A stretch of 63,972 bases of DNA, filler included, from Gemmatimonadota bacterium (GTDB lineage: Bacteria; 4572-55; J002): the NCBI GenBank assembly GCA_003697105.1. It is 4 parts of 4 records of this genome, joined end to end, with 100 filler letters (N's around TTAATTAATTAA, not from the genome) between each part and the next. Parts side by side here need not be neighbours in the genome. Positions count along the whole stretch, not along the records: positions 22,087 to 34,833 come from RFFQ01000172.1; positions 34,934 to 61,122 come from RFFQ01000174.1; 2 more parts are not named here. One strand, written 5' to 3'. The notes beneath the pieces were generated by a model. That model was not told the DNA's origin. It did not search any database and saw only the letters and a program-made list of their open reading frames with translations. Positions 30,552 to 40,510 of this stretch are shown piece after piece. Made by a program: the position numbers and the translations under genes. Positions within the stretch are counted from its first letter, which is position 1, and every line of letters starts with the position of its first letter.

Positions 30552-31756
30552 GCGCGGGTTTCCTCCTCAAGCTTCGGGGTGATATGGCTCCGGTGTCTAA
30601 AATAATTAACGATCTGGGTCCCCGATTTATACTTGCCGACCATGTTGCCAATACCCAGTACAATAGACCGGTCATCGGTCAGATCGAGTACCATTTCAAA
30701 TACCTCTTCGCCGGAAGCGACGCCCATGCTGATCGCCTGTTGGCGAGGGAAGTTCAATGCCGTAAGGACATCATGGACCCGGTCGGTACTATCCCCGACC
30801 AGCAGAACATAATCACACGGCATGTGCTGCACAATGGCTTCTGCAAGTTGTTCTGCCCGTTCCAACCGGTCATCCCGAATCGTCAGCACAATAATGCGCT
30901 TGCCACCATTATCAAACCGTTCCAGTACCAGATTGTAAACCAGAATCGTTGATTCTGGGTCATTGGCGGCAAATCCGTTGGCAAACCGGATGCGTTTATA
31001 CGGGATATAGTCCACATCAAAGACCTCAAGTGCTCCGCTATCCGGCACGGTTTGGTGCAAACCTGCCATGGCTTTTTCTCGTGGAATACCCAAATGCTGG
31101 CAGACCGCTAGCGCCAGTGCCACGTTATCTCGATGTTCCACGTAGCGAAACCCGCGCAAATCCTCGTCCGTTACGGTTTCTGGGTCGGCGTAGATAAGTT
31201 GGGTACCTCGCTTTTTCGCGATTTTTTCCATCAGGGGAAACATTTTCTGTTCTGAGGTAAACACGACGCCGTTGAAGGGAATCGTGTTACAAAGGGCACG
31301 GGTGATGTCTTCGAGGGAATTCCCCATTTCACCCAAATGGTCGAGACGGGTATTGGTGATGACGCCTACGGTGGAGCGTACCATTTGGTGTTCTACAATC
31401 CACTGGAATTGGGGCTGAACCGCCATGCACTCAAAGACAATCGCATCGACTTGCCGGTCGGCGGCATAACGTAACATGCGGGCTTGTTCAATGATATTGG
31501 CTTTTGTCCGGCGGTAAATCTCCTCTTCAGTACCATCTTCCATCACTAATTTAGGGTATGTTCCGGTTACTTTTGTGAGGGTTTGAAAGCCGGATTCCCG
31601 TAAGCCGCTGCCGATTAACCGCGTGACGCTGGATTTACCTCGTGTTCCATTAACGTGAATGCGGTGAGCGATTTTATACGCGGCACGGCGCGTTTCAAAA
31701 AATTCATACGCCCCAAAACCCACTAAAAACAGAATCAACGGTAAGATCAATTGCAT
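30548..31756 (-). CDS. pgsB: Poly-gamma-glutamate synthase PgsB/CapB
   Basis: RIHVNGTRGKSSVTRLI, ANIIEQ, ECMAVQP, ITNTRLDH and NGFAANDPEST motifs. Confidence 0.95.
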   Translation of the reverse strand: MQLILPLILFLVGFGAYEFFETRRAAYKIAHRIHVNGTRGKSSVTRLIGSGLRESGFQTLTKVTGTYPKLVMEDGTEEEIYRRTKANIIEQARMLRYAADRQVDAIVFECMAVQPQFQWIVEHQMVRSTVGVITNTRLDHLGEMGNSLEDITRALCNTIPFNGVVFTSEQKMFPLMEKIAKKRGTQLIYADPETVTDEDLRGFRYVEHRDNVALALAVCQHLGIPREKAMAGLHQTVPDSGALEVFDVDYIPYKRIRFANGFAANDPESTILVYNLVLERFDNGGKRIIVLTIRDDRLERAEQLAEAIVQHMPCDYVLLVGDSTDRVHDVLTALNFPRQQAISMGVASGEEVFEMVLDLTDDRSIVLGIGNMVGKYKSGTQIVNYFRHRSHITPKLEEETRA

Positions 31757-31966
31757 CGGATGATCCTTATATTTGTGGCAACAATAAGGGTTGAATTACG
31801 GGAATGATTTAGGGTGAAACCCCTGTAATGTCAAGCCTATTTTGAGGAGGGACGTCTTCTTGCCGGTACCTCCGGTAGATATACCCGCCATAACTAAGCC
31901 TGTAATTTATTCTTTATCAATATGTTATGTCCAATTTTCCAACCGTTTGAAAGGTTTTTTTTGATC

Positions 31967-31995
31967 TTGACATGACTTTTTGATTTCATTATACT
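31967..31995 (+). promoter_or_regulatory. Sigma70 promoter for the HNH-BCCP-receiver-cyclase genes
   Basis: TTGACA-N17-TATACT, about 70 nt upstream of the ATG at 32065. Confidence 0.75.
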
Positions 31996-32064
31996 TGGCA
32001 CTGCTCTCTGCATTGTTTACGAGCAGTTTTCCCCTGATTTTCATTTTGTAGTAGGTGTCGTGTT

Positions 32065-32571
32065 ATGCTGAATCGAAGTGTTCTTATTCTGAATCAGAAC
32101 TACGAACCGTTAACAACGTGTTCTGTTCGCCGGGGGATTGTGCTGATGTATTTGAATAAAGCCGAGCTTGTAGAGACCTACGATGGTGCCGTTGTAAAAT
32201 CGGTACGTCATCAATTTGTGGTTCCTTCCGTCTTGCGTTTACTGTCGTACGTCCGCCGGACGCATCGCCGCATCCCCTTATCTCGCCGAAATGTCCTAAA
32301 GCGTGACGGCCACCGTTGCCAGTATTGTGGCACGACTGAAGCCCCTCTGACAATCGATCACATTGTACCGCGTAAGTTTGGCGGCCAAGACACGTGGGAA
32401 AATCTCGTCACGGCATGTGCCGCGTGCAATACGCAAAAAGGGCATCGTACGCCGGAACAAGCCGGGATGTCCCTCTCCCGAAAACCCAAAGAACCCCACT
32501 ATTTTATGTCGATCTTGTCCGCTAGCAAACAACCGGATGAGAAGTGGAAACCCTACTTATTTATGAGCTGA
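32065..32571 (+). CDS. HNH endonuclease-domain protein
   Basis: VLILNQNYEPL; RD.HRCQYCG...TIDHIVP...WENLVTACAACN.QKG. Confidence 0.92.
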   Translation: MLNRSVLILNQNYEPLTTCSVRRGIVLMYLNKAELVETYDGAVVKSVRHQFVVPSVLRLLSYVRRTHRRIPLSRRNVLKRDGHRCQYCGTTEAPLTIDHIVPRKFGGQDTWENLVTACAACNTQKGHRTPEQAGMSLSRKPKEPHYFMSILSASKQPDEKWKPYLFMS

Positions 32572-32589
32572 ACATGAAAGGATAAGCGG

Positions 32590-33102
32590 TTGAAATATTT
32601 TGTGACGATTAATGGTAATGATTATGAAGTGCGTATTGATTCAGCCGTAATTGGCGAGTTTGAAGTACACCTCAACGGCAAGCCGGTGCAGGTGGATGCC
32701 GCACCTACCGGATTAAGCACCTCTTATCTCCTGAATCACGTCCATTATGAAACGGCAGTTAGCAAAAAAAATGGGAATGAATACCGGGTGAATGTCGATG
32801 GGATCGATTTCACGGCGATTATTCAAGATGAGGTCGAAAAGCGCTTTGAGCAACAATCCGGTAAAAAGCTTATTGATAAAAATATAGCAGTGGTCAAATC
32901 GCCAATGCCGGGGCTGATCCTTTCCGTTGAAGTGGAAGAAGGGCAGCCCGTCAACCCCGGTGACGGTTTGATCATTATGGAAGCCATGAAAATGGAAAAT
33001 GAACTAAAAGCCAGTGCCCGCGGTATTGTAAAAACAATACACGTTCAGCAAGGCGATAAAGTGGAAATGAATGTGGCTTTGATCACCTTGGATATTCGCT
33101 AA
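32590..33102 (+). CDS. Biotin carboxyl carrier protein (acyl-CoA carboxylase subunit)
   Basis: SPMPG and EAMKMENE biotinylation motif; TTG start. Confidence 0.9.
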   Translation: MKYFVTINGNDYEVRIDSAVIGEFEVHLNGKPVQVDAAPTGLSTSYLLNHVHYETAVSKKNGNEYRVNVDGIDFTAIIQDEVEKRFEQQSGKKLIDKNIAVVKSPMPGLILSVEVEEGQPVNPGDGLIIMEAMKMENELKASARGIVKTIHVQQGDKVEMNVALITLDIR

Positions 33103-33140
33103 TTCTCATTACTCAAGACCTTCTCCATGGGGGGAAATAT

Positions 33141-33506
33141 ATGGCAACAATCCTGATTGTCGAAGATAATGAAAATGTTCGACAAGCGTATCAGTTGATT
33201 TTGCAGTCCGAAGGATACACGACCCTAGAAGCCAGCAATGGTAAAGAGGCTTTGGAAATCATCAGCCTTCACCCGCTAGATTTGGTTTTGCTAGATGTCG
33301 GCTTGCCCGATATTAACGGTTTTGATGTCCTTTCGACGCTCCGGAAAACCAACACCGATTTGCCGGTGTTAGTGGTTACGGCGTATTCAAGCATCAAAAA
33401 GGTCATTGAAATCATGGATTTGGGCATCTCGGGCTATCTGGTTAAACCCGTACCGGGTGAAAAGATGATCGAAAAGGTGAAGGAAATTTTGAATCCGGCA
33501 GCATAA
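33141..33506 (+). CDS. Single-domain response regulator
   Basis: ILIVED...LLDVGLPDING...KP receiver motifs. Confidence 0.92.
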   Translation: MATILIVEDNENVRQAYQLILQSEGYTTLEASNGKEALEIISLHPLDLVLLDVGLPDINGFDVLSTLRKTNTDLPVLVVTAYSSIKKVIEIMDLGISGYLVKPVPGEKMIEKVKEILNPAA

Positions 33507-33523
33507 ACCCTGCCCGGGGAAGG

Positions 33524-34600
33524 ATGGCGTGGATGCAAGAGCGAGATCATCCGGCAAAAATTCTGATTGTCGATGATGAAAAATATATTTTGATGCTCCT
33601 AGAAACCCATTTGAAAAAAGACTATACCGTCATAAAAGCCACGAATGGTCTCGAAGCGTGGGACGTGATCCGTCGGGAAAATCCAGATATGATCCTAACC
33701 GACGTGATGATGCCCCATAAAAACGGGTTTGAATTATGCCGGGAAGTCAAAACACACGATGAGACCCGGTTTATCCCAGTGGTGATGGTCACAGCTCTCG
33801 GGAAAAAAGAAGACCGGATCAAAGGGTTGGAAGCCGGCGCAGATGACTTTTTAACCAAGCCATTCAATGAATTGGAACTCCGAACCCGTGTCAAATCGTT
33901 GTTACGGGTCAAAAAATTGCATGATGAAATTGAACATAAAAACCGGTTACTAAACGAGATTTTAACCAAGTATGTTAGTAAAGAGGTCTCCCAGACTATC
34001 CTTAGCAATCCCGATAAGTATCTTAAATTAGGAGGAGAAGCGCGGGAAGTCACCATTTTATTTGCGGATATTCGCGGTTTTACAAAATTTTCCGAACAAT
34101 TCCCCGCGCGGGAAGTTGTGGATATCCTGAATCAGTTCTTCTCGGAATTAGTGAAAGTGGTCTTCCGCTACCGGGGCACGTTTGATAAATACATGGGAGA
34201 TTGCATCATGGCGTTTTACGGCGCACCGGTTCAATATGAAGATGATGTGTTGCGTGCGGTTCAAACGGCAGTGGAAATGCAACGAGTTTTTCACCGGATG
34301 GAAACCGACCTTCATCACCGAATCCCCAACGCACAACTGGGGTTGGGTATCGGGATCAATACCGGCGAAGTGATTGTCGGCAATATCGGTTCCGAAACCT
34401 TTATGGATTATACGGTTGTGGGGGACGAGGTTAATATCGCCAAACGATTGGAAGAAATGACCCAAGCCGGTCAGATTCTAATTAGCCACCAAACCTACAA
34501 CCGGGTGAATGATATTATCACCGCCACAAAGATACCGGGGCAGCAGTTAAAAGGTAAAGCACAACCCATTGATTTATACCAAATTAACTATCTGATTTAA
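33524..34600 (+). CDS. Receiver domain plus class III adenylate/guanylate cyclase
   Basis: REC (TDVMMP); LFADIRGFT, DKYMGDCIMA, GINTGEV, YTVVGDEVNIAKRLE; the Lys in DKY suggests ATP specificity. Confidence 0.93.
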   Translation: MAWMQERDHPAKILIVDDEKYILMLLETHLKKDYTVIKATNGLEAWDVIRRENPDMILTDVMMPHKNGFELCREVKTHDETRFIPVVMVTALGKKEDRIKGLEAGADDFLTKPFNELELRTRVKSLLRVKKLHDEIEHKNRLLNEILTKYVSKEVSQTILSNPDKYLKLGGEAREVTILFADIRGFTKFSEQFPAREVVDILNQFFSELVKVVFRYRGTFDKYMGDCIMAFYGAPVQYEDDVLRAVQTAVEMQRVFHRMETDLHHRIPNAQLGLGIGINTGEVIVGNIGSETFMDYTVVGDEVNIAKRLEEMTQAGQILISHQTYNRVNDIITATKIPGQQLKGKAQPIDLYQINYLI

Positions 34601-34695
34601 ACACCAACATACGCCATACTCGTGATCCGAAAGAGACCAGAATCCGATAGGATGTTGGTCTCATTGTATTTTAGGTTACTTAAAAAGGGAATTGT

Positions 34696-34833
34696 ATGAT
34701 GACATCATCAGAACCGTTTACCTATCCAGAATTGAAATTTACCGAAGATTTTGAGTATCCCACGATGGAGATGTGGCGGGAGGCGGTTGTTCAATCGCTC
34801 AAAGGGCTTCCCTTTGAAAAACTCCTGACCAAA
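34696..34833 (+). CDS. Methylmalonyl-CoA mutase family subunit, N-terminal fragment truncated by the gap
   Basis: EDFEYPTMEMWREAVVQSLKGLPFEKLLTK matches the F..(S/T)...W......LKG.PFEK.L start of mutase small subunits. Confidence 0.6.
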
Positions 34834-34933
34834 NNNNNNNNNNNNNNNNNNNNNNNNNNNNNNNNNNNNNNNNNNNNTTAATTAATTAANNNNNNNNNNN
34901 NNNNNNNNNNNNNNNNNNNNNNNNNNNNNNNNN
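34834..34933. other. Artificial contig-joining spacer
   Basis: 44 N + TTAATTAATTAA + 44 N. Confidence 0.98.
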
Positions 34934-34961
34934 AAAGGAGAAACGCCCTATGTCATCAAAA

Positions 34962-35045
34962 TTACGAAATGTCAACAGAACCTAGTTCCTCTTTCGCCTT
35001 TTTAAGAAATTGTTTCAAGTATGTTTCATTGATAAGCATGAACAT
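34962..35045 (-). CDS. Putative 27-aa small protein MFMLINETYLKQFLKKAKEELGSVDIS
   Basis: CAGGAG SD 4-5 nt before the ATG; complete ORF; below the ORF-track cutoff. Confidence 0.35.
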   Translation of the reverse strand: MFMLINETYLKQFLKKAKEELGSVDIS

Positions 35046-35414
35046 CTTTCTCCTGTAAGCTCAAGAGTCATCCGCTTGATATTGTTATAAATTGTGTTAT
35101 ATTGAGGCATTTATGAATGTAAAAATCCCACAAGAATAGGAATTTGTAGATTAATGAAATTAAAACACCATTCTAACCATCATGATCCATTCGTGAATGC
35201 AAAAACCTCCGCCATAACGCGGATTTGTGAGCTACCGGTGGGTAGCTTTTCAACCCAAATTCAAACATATCGGAAAAATAGACCACTAAAACCATTAGAA
35301 TTTATGCACCGGCGATGCCCGCGGGCAAAAATCAACTTGAAAACAAAAACCGCCTGACACCTCACCCTAACCAACATCATAAAATAAGAGATTATACTTA
35401 TAAGTTACAAAAAC

Positions 35415-35444
35415 AGTATAGTATTGGATGCATCGAGTTGTCAA
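35415..35444 (-). promoter_or_regulatory. Putative sigma70 promoter pointing toward the contig start
   Basis: Minus strand reads TTGACA-N18-TATACT. Confidence 0.55.
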
Positions 35445-35550
35445 GACCCAAATTATATTTTTATTGCGTATCACCGTGACCATTCATTTTTGTTTGAAAT
35501 TGTAACGATTAAACGCTCCCGGTATTTTCTCTAAAAATAGCACTAAAGCA

Positions 35551-35582
35551 AAACCCGCCACCAGACCTCAGTAGCGGGTTAT
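35551..35582 (-). terminator. Putative rho-independent terminator of the permease-M1 gene
   Basis: AACCCGC...GCGGGTT stem followed by a U tract on the minus strand, about 25 nt after the stop. Confidence 0.55.
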
Positions 35583-35605
35583 TCCAAACAGTCTTTCATA
35601 CAAAT

Positions 35606-38600
35606 CTACCGCTCAAAAAGCAGCACCACTTTATCCCCGCCGGATGTTGCTTTTTTAGTGTTATCATCCGGTTGGCGGTCGATCAGTTTATTTAACGGAT
35701 CGATTCCGGCACGGCTAGGCTCTTGATCGACCACAATTTCAAACATCATCTGGGGTTGATCGATCTTGTGCTTCTCCAAATAGAGCACCTCACCCCAGAG
35801 TGAATTTTCCCCGGAGCCCTCACCGGCAAACACACCAATGTCGATCCAGTCATTAATCGGGATTTCGGTCTCGTTGCCGAGACTATCAGCGCGAATTTTC
35901 TTCGCCTCGACCTCAACCGTCACTTGATATTTCCCATCCTCACGGAGATAATAAGTTACCGCTCCGGTCTTATTTTCGTAGAGCGTAATCGTGCGGAACA
36001 TATCATCGATGATGTATTTCAGCGAGTCCGGCGTTGCGGCTTCAATATAGCTCAAAAACTCTGTTGAGGTGGTGTAGGGCGGCTTCTGGAATTTAACCGC
36101 CGTTACATAATCTTTCAGCGCCCGGTTCAAATTCGCTTCGCCGATATAATCTTTGAGGGCGTACATCACCAAACTGCCTTTGCGATAGTGGATGTACCCT
36201 TGCCGCGATCCCACGCGATAAAGCGGCATTTCTTTCAGCAGTTCCCCGCTACGTCCTTGCAAATATTGGTCAAGCTCGTACCGGAGAAAACGTCGCATTT
36301 TTTCTGCACCGTATTCCTTCTCCATGACCATCAGCGCCGCATATTGAGACATGGTTTCCGACATGACCGTTGCGCCTTCCACATTGGCACTAACCACCTG
36401 ATGTGCCCACCATTGATGTGCGATCTCATGCGCGGTCACATAAAACACATAATCAATGGCACTCTCATCCTTCAACCGAGCAATAAAGCCAAGCCCTTCG
36501 GAATAGGGAATTGTGTTGGGGAAAGATTGCGCAAAACGCGCATAACCCGGGAACTCCAGAATCCGAGCCTGCCGGTGCTGGTAGGGTCCAAAATTCACGG
36601 TGTAATAATCAAACGATTTTTGGATCGCCTCAATCATTCGATCCACATTGTACGGATGTTTCGGATCATAGTAAATTTCGATATTCACATCGTGCCATTT
36701 ATCCCGCTTGATGGCGTAATCCGCACTCAAAAAGGAGTAAAAATTGAGGATCGGCGCATCCATCTGGTAATGAAAGTAGTGTCGAGCTCCCTCCTGCCAG
36801 TCGTACTGCAAATAGCCCGGTGCGATGGCAATCTGTCCCGCATCCGTGCTGACCGTCGTCTCAAACGTGACCCAATCGGCATCTTGTGTGATGTAATTCT
36901 GCTGTCTTGCAGTGGTGTCGGTCAGGCTTGCCATGAGGTCATTTTTCGGCGGTAAACCATACTTTTTGCGGTCATTTTTGTCTGCGAGTTCTTGGTTGGG
37001 GTCGTAACCAAAATGGGGAAAATACCCATAATTGTTGATGAACGTCCCATTGTACACAATATCCGTGTTGGAGCCACTGTTGACAAAACCGGGATGGGTA
37101 AACCGGAGGTCAAAGTGCATCTGGACGGAATCTCCCGGCGGCATGGGTGGATCGATCCGGTATATCAGATAATCCACATCGTTATCCTGATGAATGATGT
37201 GTGCGTTGGGGATTGCCATCGATTGCACAGCTTTGGTTTCAATCTGTACCAGTACGGTGTCAATTGGAGAGGTCGTTTTATTGATGATGCCATACGTGCC
37301 GCGTACATCCAGCCGCAGCTCTTGGGGGTAAATGTCCACCGAGCACTGCACTGCCGCGATGGTGGGTTGCGGGAGGTTCTCATATTTTTTGTATGTCTTT
37401 TCGTATTCTGCGCGCCGTTTTTCGCGCTGTTTGCGAGTAGAATAGTCGTTCAGAAGGTTGGTATTGTAGAAAATGTAACTGCCAACCAGTATAAAGCCGC
37501 TCAGTGCCAACAGAAATACCCTTACCGTTGGGGGGGAGAGGCGTGCTTTTGCCTGCTTTAGGCGCGCCCGGAGCGAATCTTCCGTACCCCGCACCCAAAA
37601 CCAAAGGGATGAAACCATGAGCATCACCGCAAATAAGCTCCAGTAGGTCCGAAACCAAACCAGCGGCACAACAAAATGCCCGTAACCGTTCATATCCGAA
37701 TAGGGTGCCTCCGGCGCTAAACCGTAACGATAAAGGTTGTGATCCCACCCCATCACCTGCAGGACGATCATCAAAATGTAGTAGAGTACCATCAGCATGT
37801 AGCCCATGTATTTGTTGTTGACCCATACGTGAAAAAACATGGCGAGGGCACAGAGCAGAATGTAAGCGGAAAATCGATGTAAAAACAACCCTTTTGCATA
37901 CAGCGCCGGTTCAAAATGCGTATATCCGCGATATAGTTGGGCACCCATTGCACCACACATGACCACCAGCAATGTGAAGCCAACAACCAGTACCAGTGCC
38001 GTGAATTTGGACCCGAATGGCACCCAGTCCGGCAGTGGCAAGGCATCGTACATGACATTGAGTTTGATTTGTCGCTCCTTCCAGACCAACTCTCCGGTAT
38101 AGAACGTGATGATGATCAGCATAAATAAGGCGAAGTTACCATCAATAACATTCAGAACCAAACGGGTAACCGGATAGACGGCAGTCCCGTAGAGTTGGTC
38201 TGTAAGTGAAAGTCCGGCAATGAGGTTAATCAACCCAAAAATCATCACGACGAGGTAAGGCACACTTTTTATAATCGAGATAAATTCCAGTTTGGTTTGG
38301 CTCAAAAACTGCCGGAAATAGAGCCCCAATGAGAAGGTCTGAGTGACTTGGGAAATGGGCGCGGGAGAGAAAACCACGAATGCCTCGTTCTCAATCACCG
38401 GTTTGGCGCTCTGGCGATGGCGATGTAACGGTTTACGTTCCGTTGAAAATTGGAATTTTGCGATGGATAGAGCCAGTAAAATCAGGCTGACGCCCGCCCA
38501 TAATAGCCGGTTGTACAGAATCCAGCCCACCAGGGGAGGCACGAGGGCATTTTTTTCGGCGGATGTCCAGTAGCGAGTGGTGAGGTCCATAGCGCCAGAG

Positions 38601-39235
38601 GCAAACGGATCGAGCAGAGCCGCCACAACTTGATTTTCGACATCACTAAGCAGATTCCCGGTGATCGCAAAACCGACAAACACCGCAATAATACCAACGT
38701 AGGTGTAAAGCATACTGCGCGTAAATACCGCCAAGGCAAAACAGATTGCCCCCACCACGATGATATTCGGTAAGGCGATCATCAAGGCGCCGTAGAGATA
38801 AGGTGCGAGCATAAATTCGCCGATCCGCGCCGGGTCGAGCCACGGCATCCACGAACCCACCAGCAAACCGAAGGCTGTCCCAGAAATCGCGATAAACGAG
38901 ACCACCACACCGCCGGCAAAACGTCCCATCAGATAATCAAATTTACTTATGGGCGTCGTAAAAAATGTGGAATCCGTGCCCAGTTCAAAATCCCGGATGA
39001 GTGCGGTGGAGATAAATGCCGGAATCAGAAACATGCCTAAAATGCTCATCGTGCCTAGCATTTGCAGGATAACAAACGGAGCGTTGCGGTGGACGTTACC
39101 AATCGCCGACCCCACACGCACCGCATCCGTCGTGATGGCGGCGAAGGTCAGGGCGAAAAAAACCGCAAAAAATATCCAGACCATCGGGCGTTTCAACCGT
39201 GTTTTAATCTCAAAGGTGAAAATTTCCCAAAACAT
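35606..39235 (-). CDS. ABC-2-type permease fused to a C-terminal M1 aminopeptidase domain
   Basis: Two hydrophobic permease halves; FAQSFPNT, AHEIAHQWW (HExxH), downstream SETMSQY Glu, and YRKG. Start taken as MFWEIF. Confidence 0.9.
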   Translation of the reverse strand: MFWEIFTFEIKTRLKRPMVWIFFAVFFALTFAAITTDAVRVGSAIGNVHRNAPFVILQMLGTMSILGMFLIPAFISTALIRDFELGTDSTFFTTPISKFDYLMGRFAGGVVVSFIAISGTAFGLLVGSWMPWLDPARIGEFMLAPYLYGALMIALPNIIVVGAICFALAVFTRSMLYTYVGIIAVFVGFAITGNLLSDVENQVVAALLDPFASGAMDLTTRYWTSAEKNALVPPLVGWILYNRLLWAGVSLILLALSIAKFQFSTERKPLHRHRQSAKPVIENEAFVVFSPAPISQVTQTFSLGLYFRQFLSQTKLEFISIIKSVPYLVVMIFGLINLIAGLSLTDQLYGTAVYPVTRLVLNVIDGNFALFMLIIITFYTGELVWKERQIKLNVMYDALPLPDWVPFGSKFTALVLVVGFTLLVVMCGAMGAQLYRGYTHFEPALYAKGLFLHRFSAYILLCALAMFFHVWVNNKYMGYMLMVLYYILMIVLQVMGWDHNLYRYGLAPEAPYSDMNGYGHFVVPLVWFRTYWSLFAVMLMVSSLWFWVRGTEDSLRARLKQAKARLSPPTVRVFLLALSGFILVGSYIFYNTNLLNDYSTRKQREKRRAEYEKTYKKYENLPQPTIAAVQCSVDIYPQELRLDVRGTYGIINKTTSPIDTVLVQIETKAVQSMAIPNAHIIHQDNDVDYLIYRIDPPMPPGDSVQMHFDLRFTHPGFVNSGSNTDIVYNGTFINNYGYFPHFGYDPNQELADKNDRKKYGLPPKNDLMASLTDTTARQQNYITQDADWVTFETTVSTDAGQIAIAPGYLQYDWQEGARHYFHYQMDAPILNFYSFLSADYAIKRDKWHDVNIEIYYDPKHPYNVDRMIEAIQKSFDYYTVNFGPYQHRQARILEFPGYARFAQSFPNTIPYSEGLGFIARLKDESAIDYVFYVTAHEIAHQWWAHQVVSANVEGATVMSETMSQYAALMVMEKEYGAEKMRRFLRYELDQYLQGRSGELLKEMPLYRVGSRQGYIHYRKGSLVMYALKDYIGEANLNRALKDYVTAVKFQKPPYTTSTEFLSYIEAATPDSLKYIIDDMFRTITLYENKTGAVTYYLREDGKYQVTVEVEAKKIRADSLGNETEIPINDWIDIGVFAGEGSGENSLWGEVLYLEKHKIDQPQMMFEIVVDQEPSRAGIDPLNKLIDRQPDDNTKKATSGGDKVVLLFER

Positions 39236-39266
39236 GGTTAACCTTCCTAAATTGAGGTATGGCAAT

Positions 39267-40373
39267 CTATTTAAAGATCACGAACTCGCCATTTTCATAA
39301 ATGACGTCGCCATCTGCGTAAATCACGCCGCCGTCACGCATATTACAAAGCATATCCCAGTGGATAGCCGAAATATTTTTGCCTAACGATTCCGGAATAG
39401 AGCGCCCCAGTGCCAGATGAATCGTCCCGCCGATTTTCTCATCGAAGAGCATATTTTTGGAAAAACGCTGAATGTTGTAATTCGTCCCGACGGCAATCTC
39501 CCCAACATACCGCGCACCCGCATCGGTTTCCAGCAATTGCTGGAGCAACGCTTCCCCTTTGGCGGCAGTGGCTTCAACAACCTTCCCCTTTTCAAAGGTC
39601 AGCCGGATATCTTCCACTTCCTGCCCGTTAAAGATGCCGGGGAAGCTAAAGCGGATATGTCCTTCTACACTATCCTCCACAGGACCCGTAAAGACTTCAC
39701 CATCCGGAAAATTCATCTTCCCGGAACAATTGATCCACTTTCGTCCTTCCACAGACAGCCGCAAATCGGTATCAGCAGAGACAAAATGAATCTGCTTTTT
39801 GGTATCCAAAAATTGGCAAATTTTCTCCTGTTTTGCATGAATTTCGCGCCAGATGGAAACCGGATCATCGGCATCCAAGTAACAGGCTTGGTAAACAAAA
39901 TCTTCGTAATCCGCTAAGGACATGCTGGCTTCCTGAGCATTGCCCCGTGTTGGGAAGAGCGTACCACACCAACGCATCTCACCCCGGGCAAGGCGATTAA
40001 ACAAGGTGTTCATGAGTTCCGACTGTGCCTGTGTTGCCCGCTTTTGCCGCTCAGGGTTCACATGAGTAAAAATACGTGGATTTTCACTACCCATCAGACT
40101 GAGCGCGACATCTATTGTCTCTGATAGTTTCCATTTGTAATCGTGGATAAAGCCAATTTGGTCATCCGTGCCGTATTTGAACAGAATTTCCTGAAGCTCG
40201 GGGTGAACGATCTGAATTGCCGGATGCGCCCCCCGTAAAATGGCGGCGTGATAACACGCTTTCATTAGGGGATAGGTGACATATTCTCCCTGAATCAACA
40301 GCGTTTCGCCGGGTTGAATCGCTAACGAATAGTCCATCAAGATTTCAGCGTGCTTTTGTATGCGGTGATCCAT
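39267..40373 (-). CDS. M29 family aminopeptidase (AmpS/AmpT-like)
   Basis: NFPDGEVFTGP, GEIAVGTN, LFDEKIGGTIHLALG and SAIHWDM motifs. Confidence 0.93.
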   Translation of the reverse strand: MDHRIQKHAEILMDYSLAIQPGETLLIQGEYVTYPLMKACYHAAILRGAHPAIQIVHPELQEILFKYGTDDQIGFIHDYKWKLSETIDVALSLMGSENPRIFTHVNPERQKRATQAQSELMNTLFNRLARGEMRWCGTLFPTRGNAQEASMSLADYEDFVYQACYLDADDPVSIWREIHAKQEKICQFLDTKKQIHFVSADTDLRLSVEGRKWINCSGKMNFPDGEVFTGPVEDSVEGHIRFSFPGIFNGQEVEDIRLTFEKGKVVEATAAKGEALLQQLLETDAGARYVGEIAVGTNYNIQRFSKNMLFDEKIGGTIHLALGRSIPESLGKNISAIHWDMLCNMRDGGVIYADGDVIYENGEFVIFK

Positions 40374-40510
40374 GTAAACTCCTCCTTTTCAAAGATTAGG
40401 CGTTAATGATCTTAGGTTATAAATGCACTTTAACAGCGCACCATAGCGGTGTTTACCCGTATCCCAACAGAGATAAAGCCAGAAGGTATCTGTAATTGAA
40501 TCCCTTTACG

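Noticed and set aside
32065-32571. HNH gene as a homing endonuclease or IscB-like mobile element
   Set aside because: It is a short standalone type with no RuvC motifs, intron context or terminal repeats.
35185-35250. Loose resemblance to a c-di-GMP-I riboswitch
   Set aside because: It lacks the GNRA (GAAA) tetraloop stem and closing P1 pairing, and there is no downstream gene on that strand.
36188-37826. Long alternative-frame ORFs inside the permease-M1 gene, and similar ones throughout the window
   Set aside because: They have no recognisable motifs and are fully nested in well-supported CDSs.
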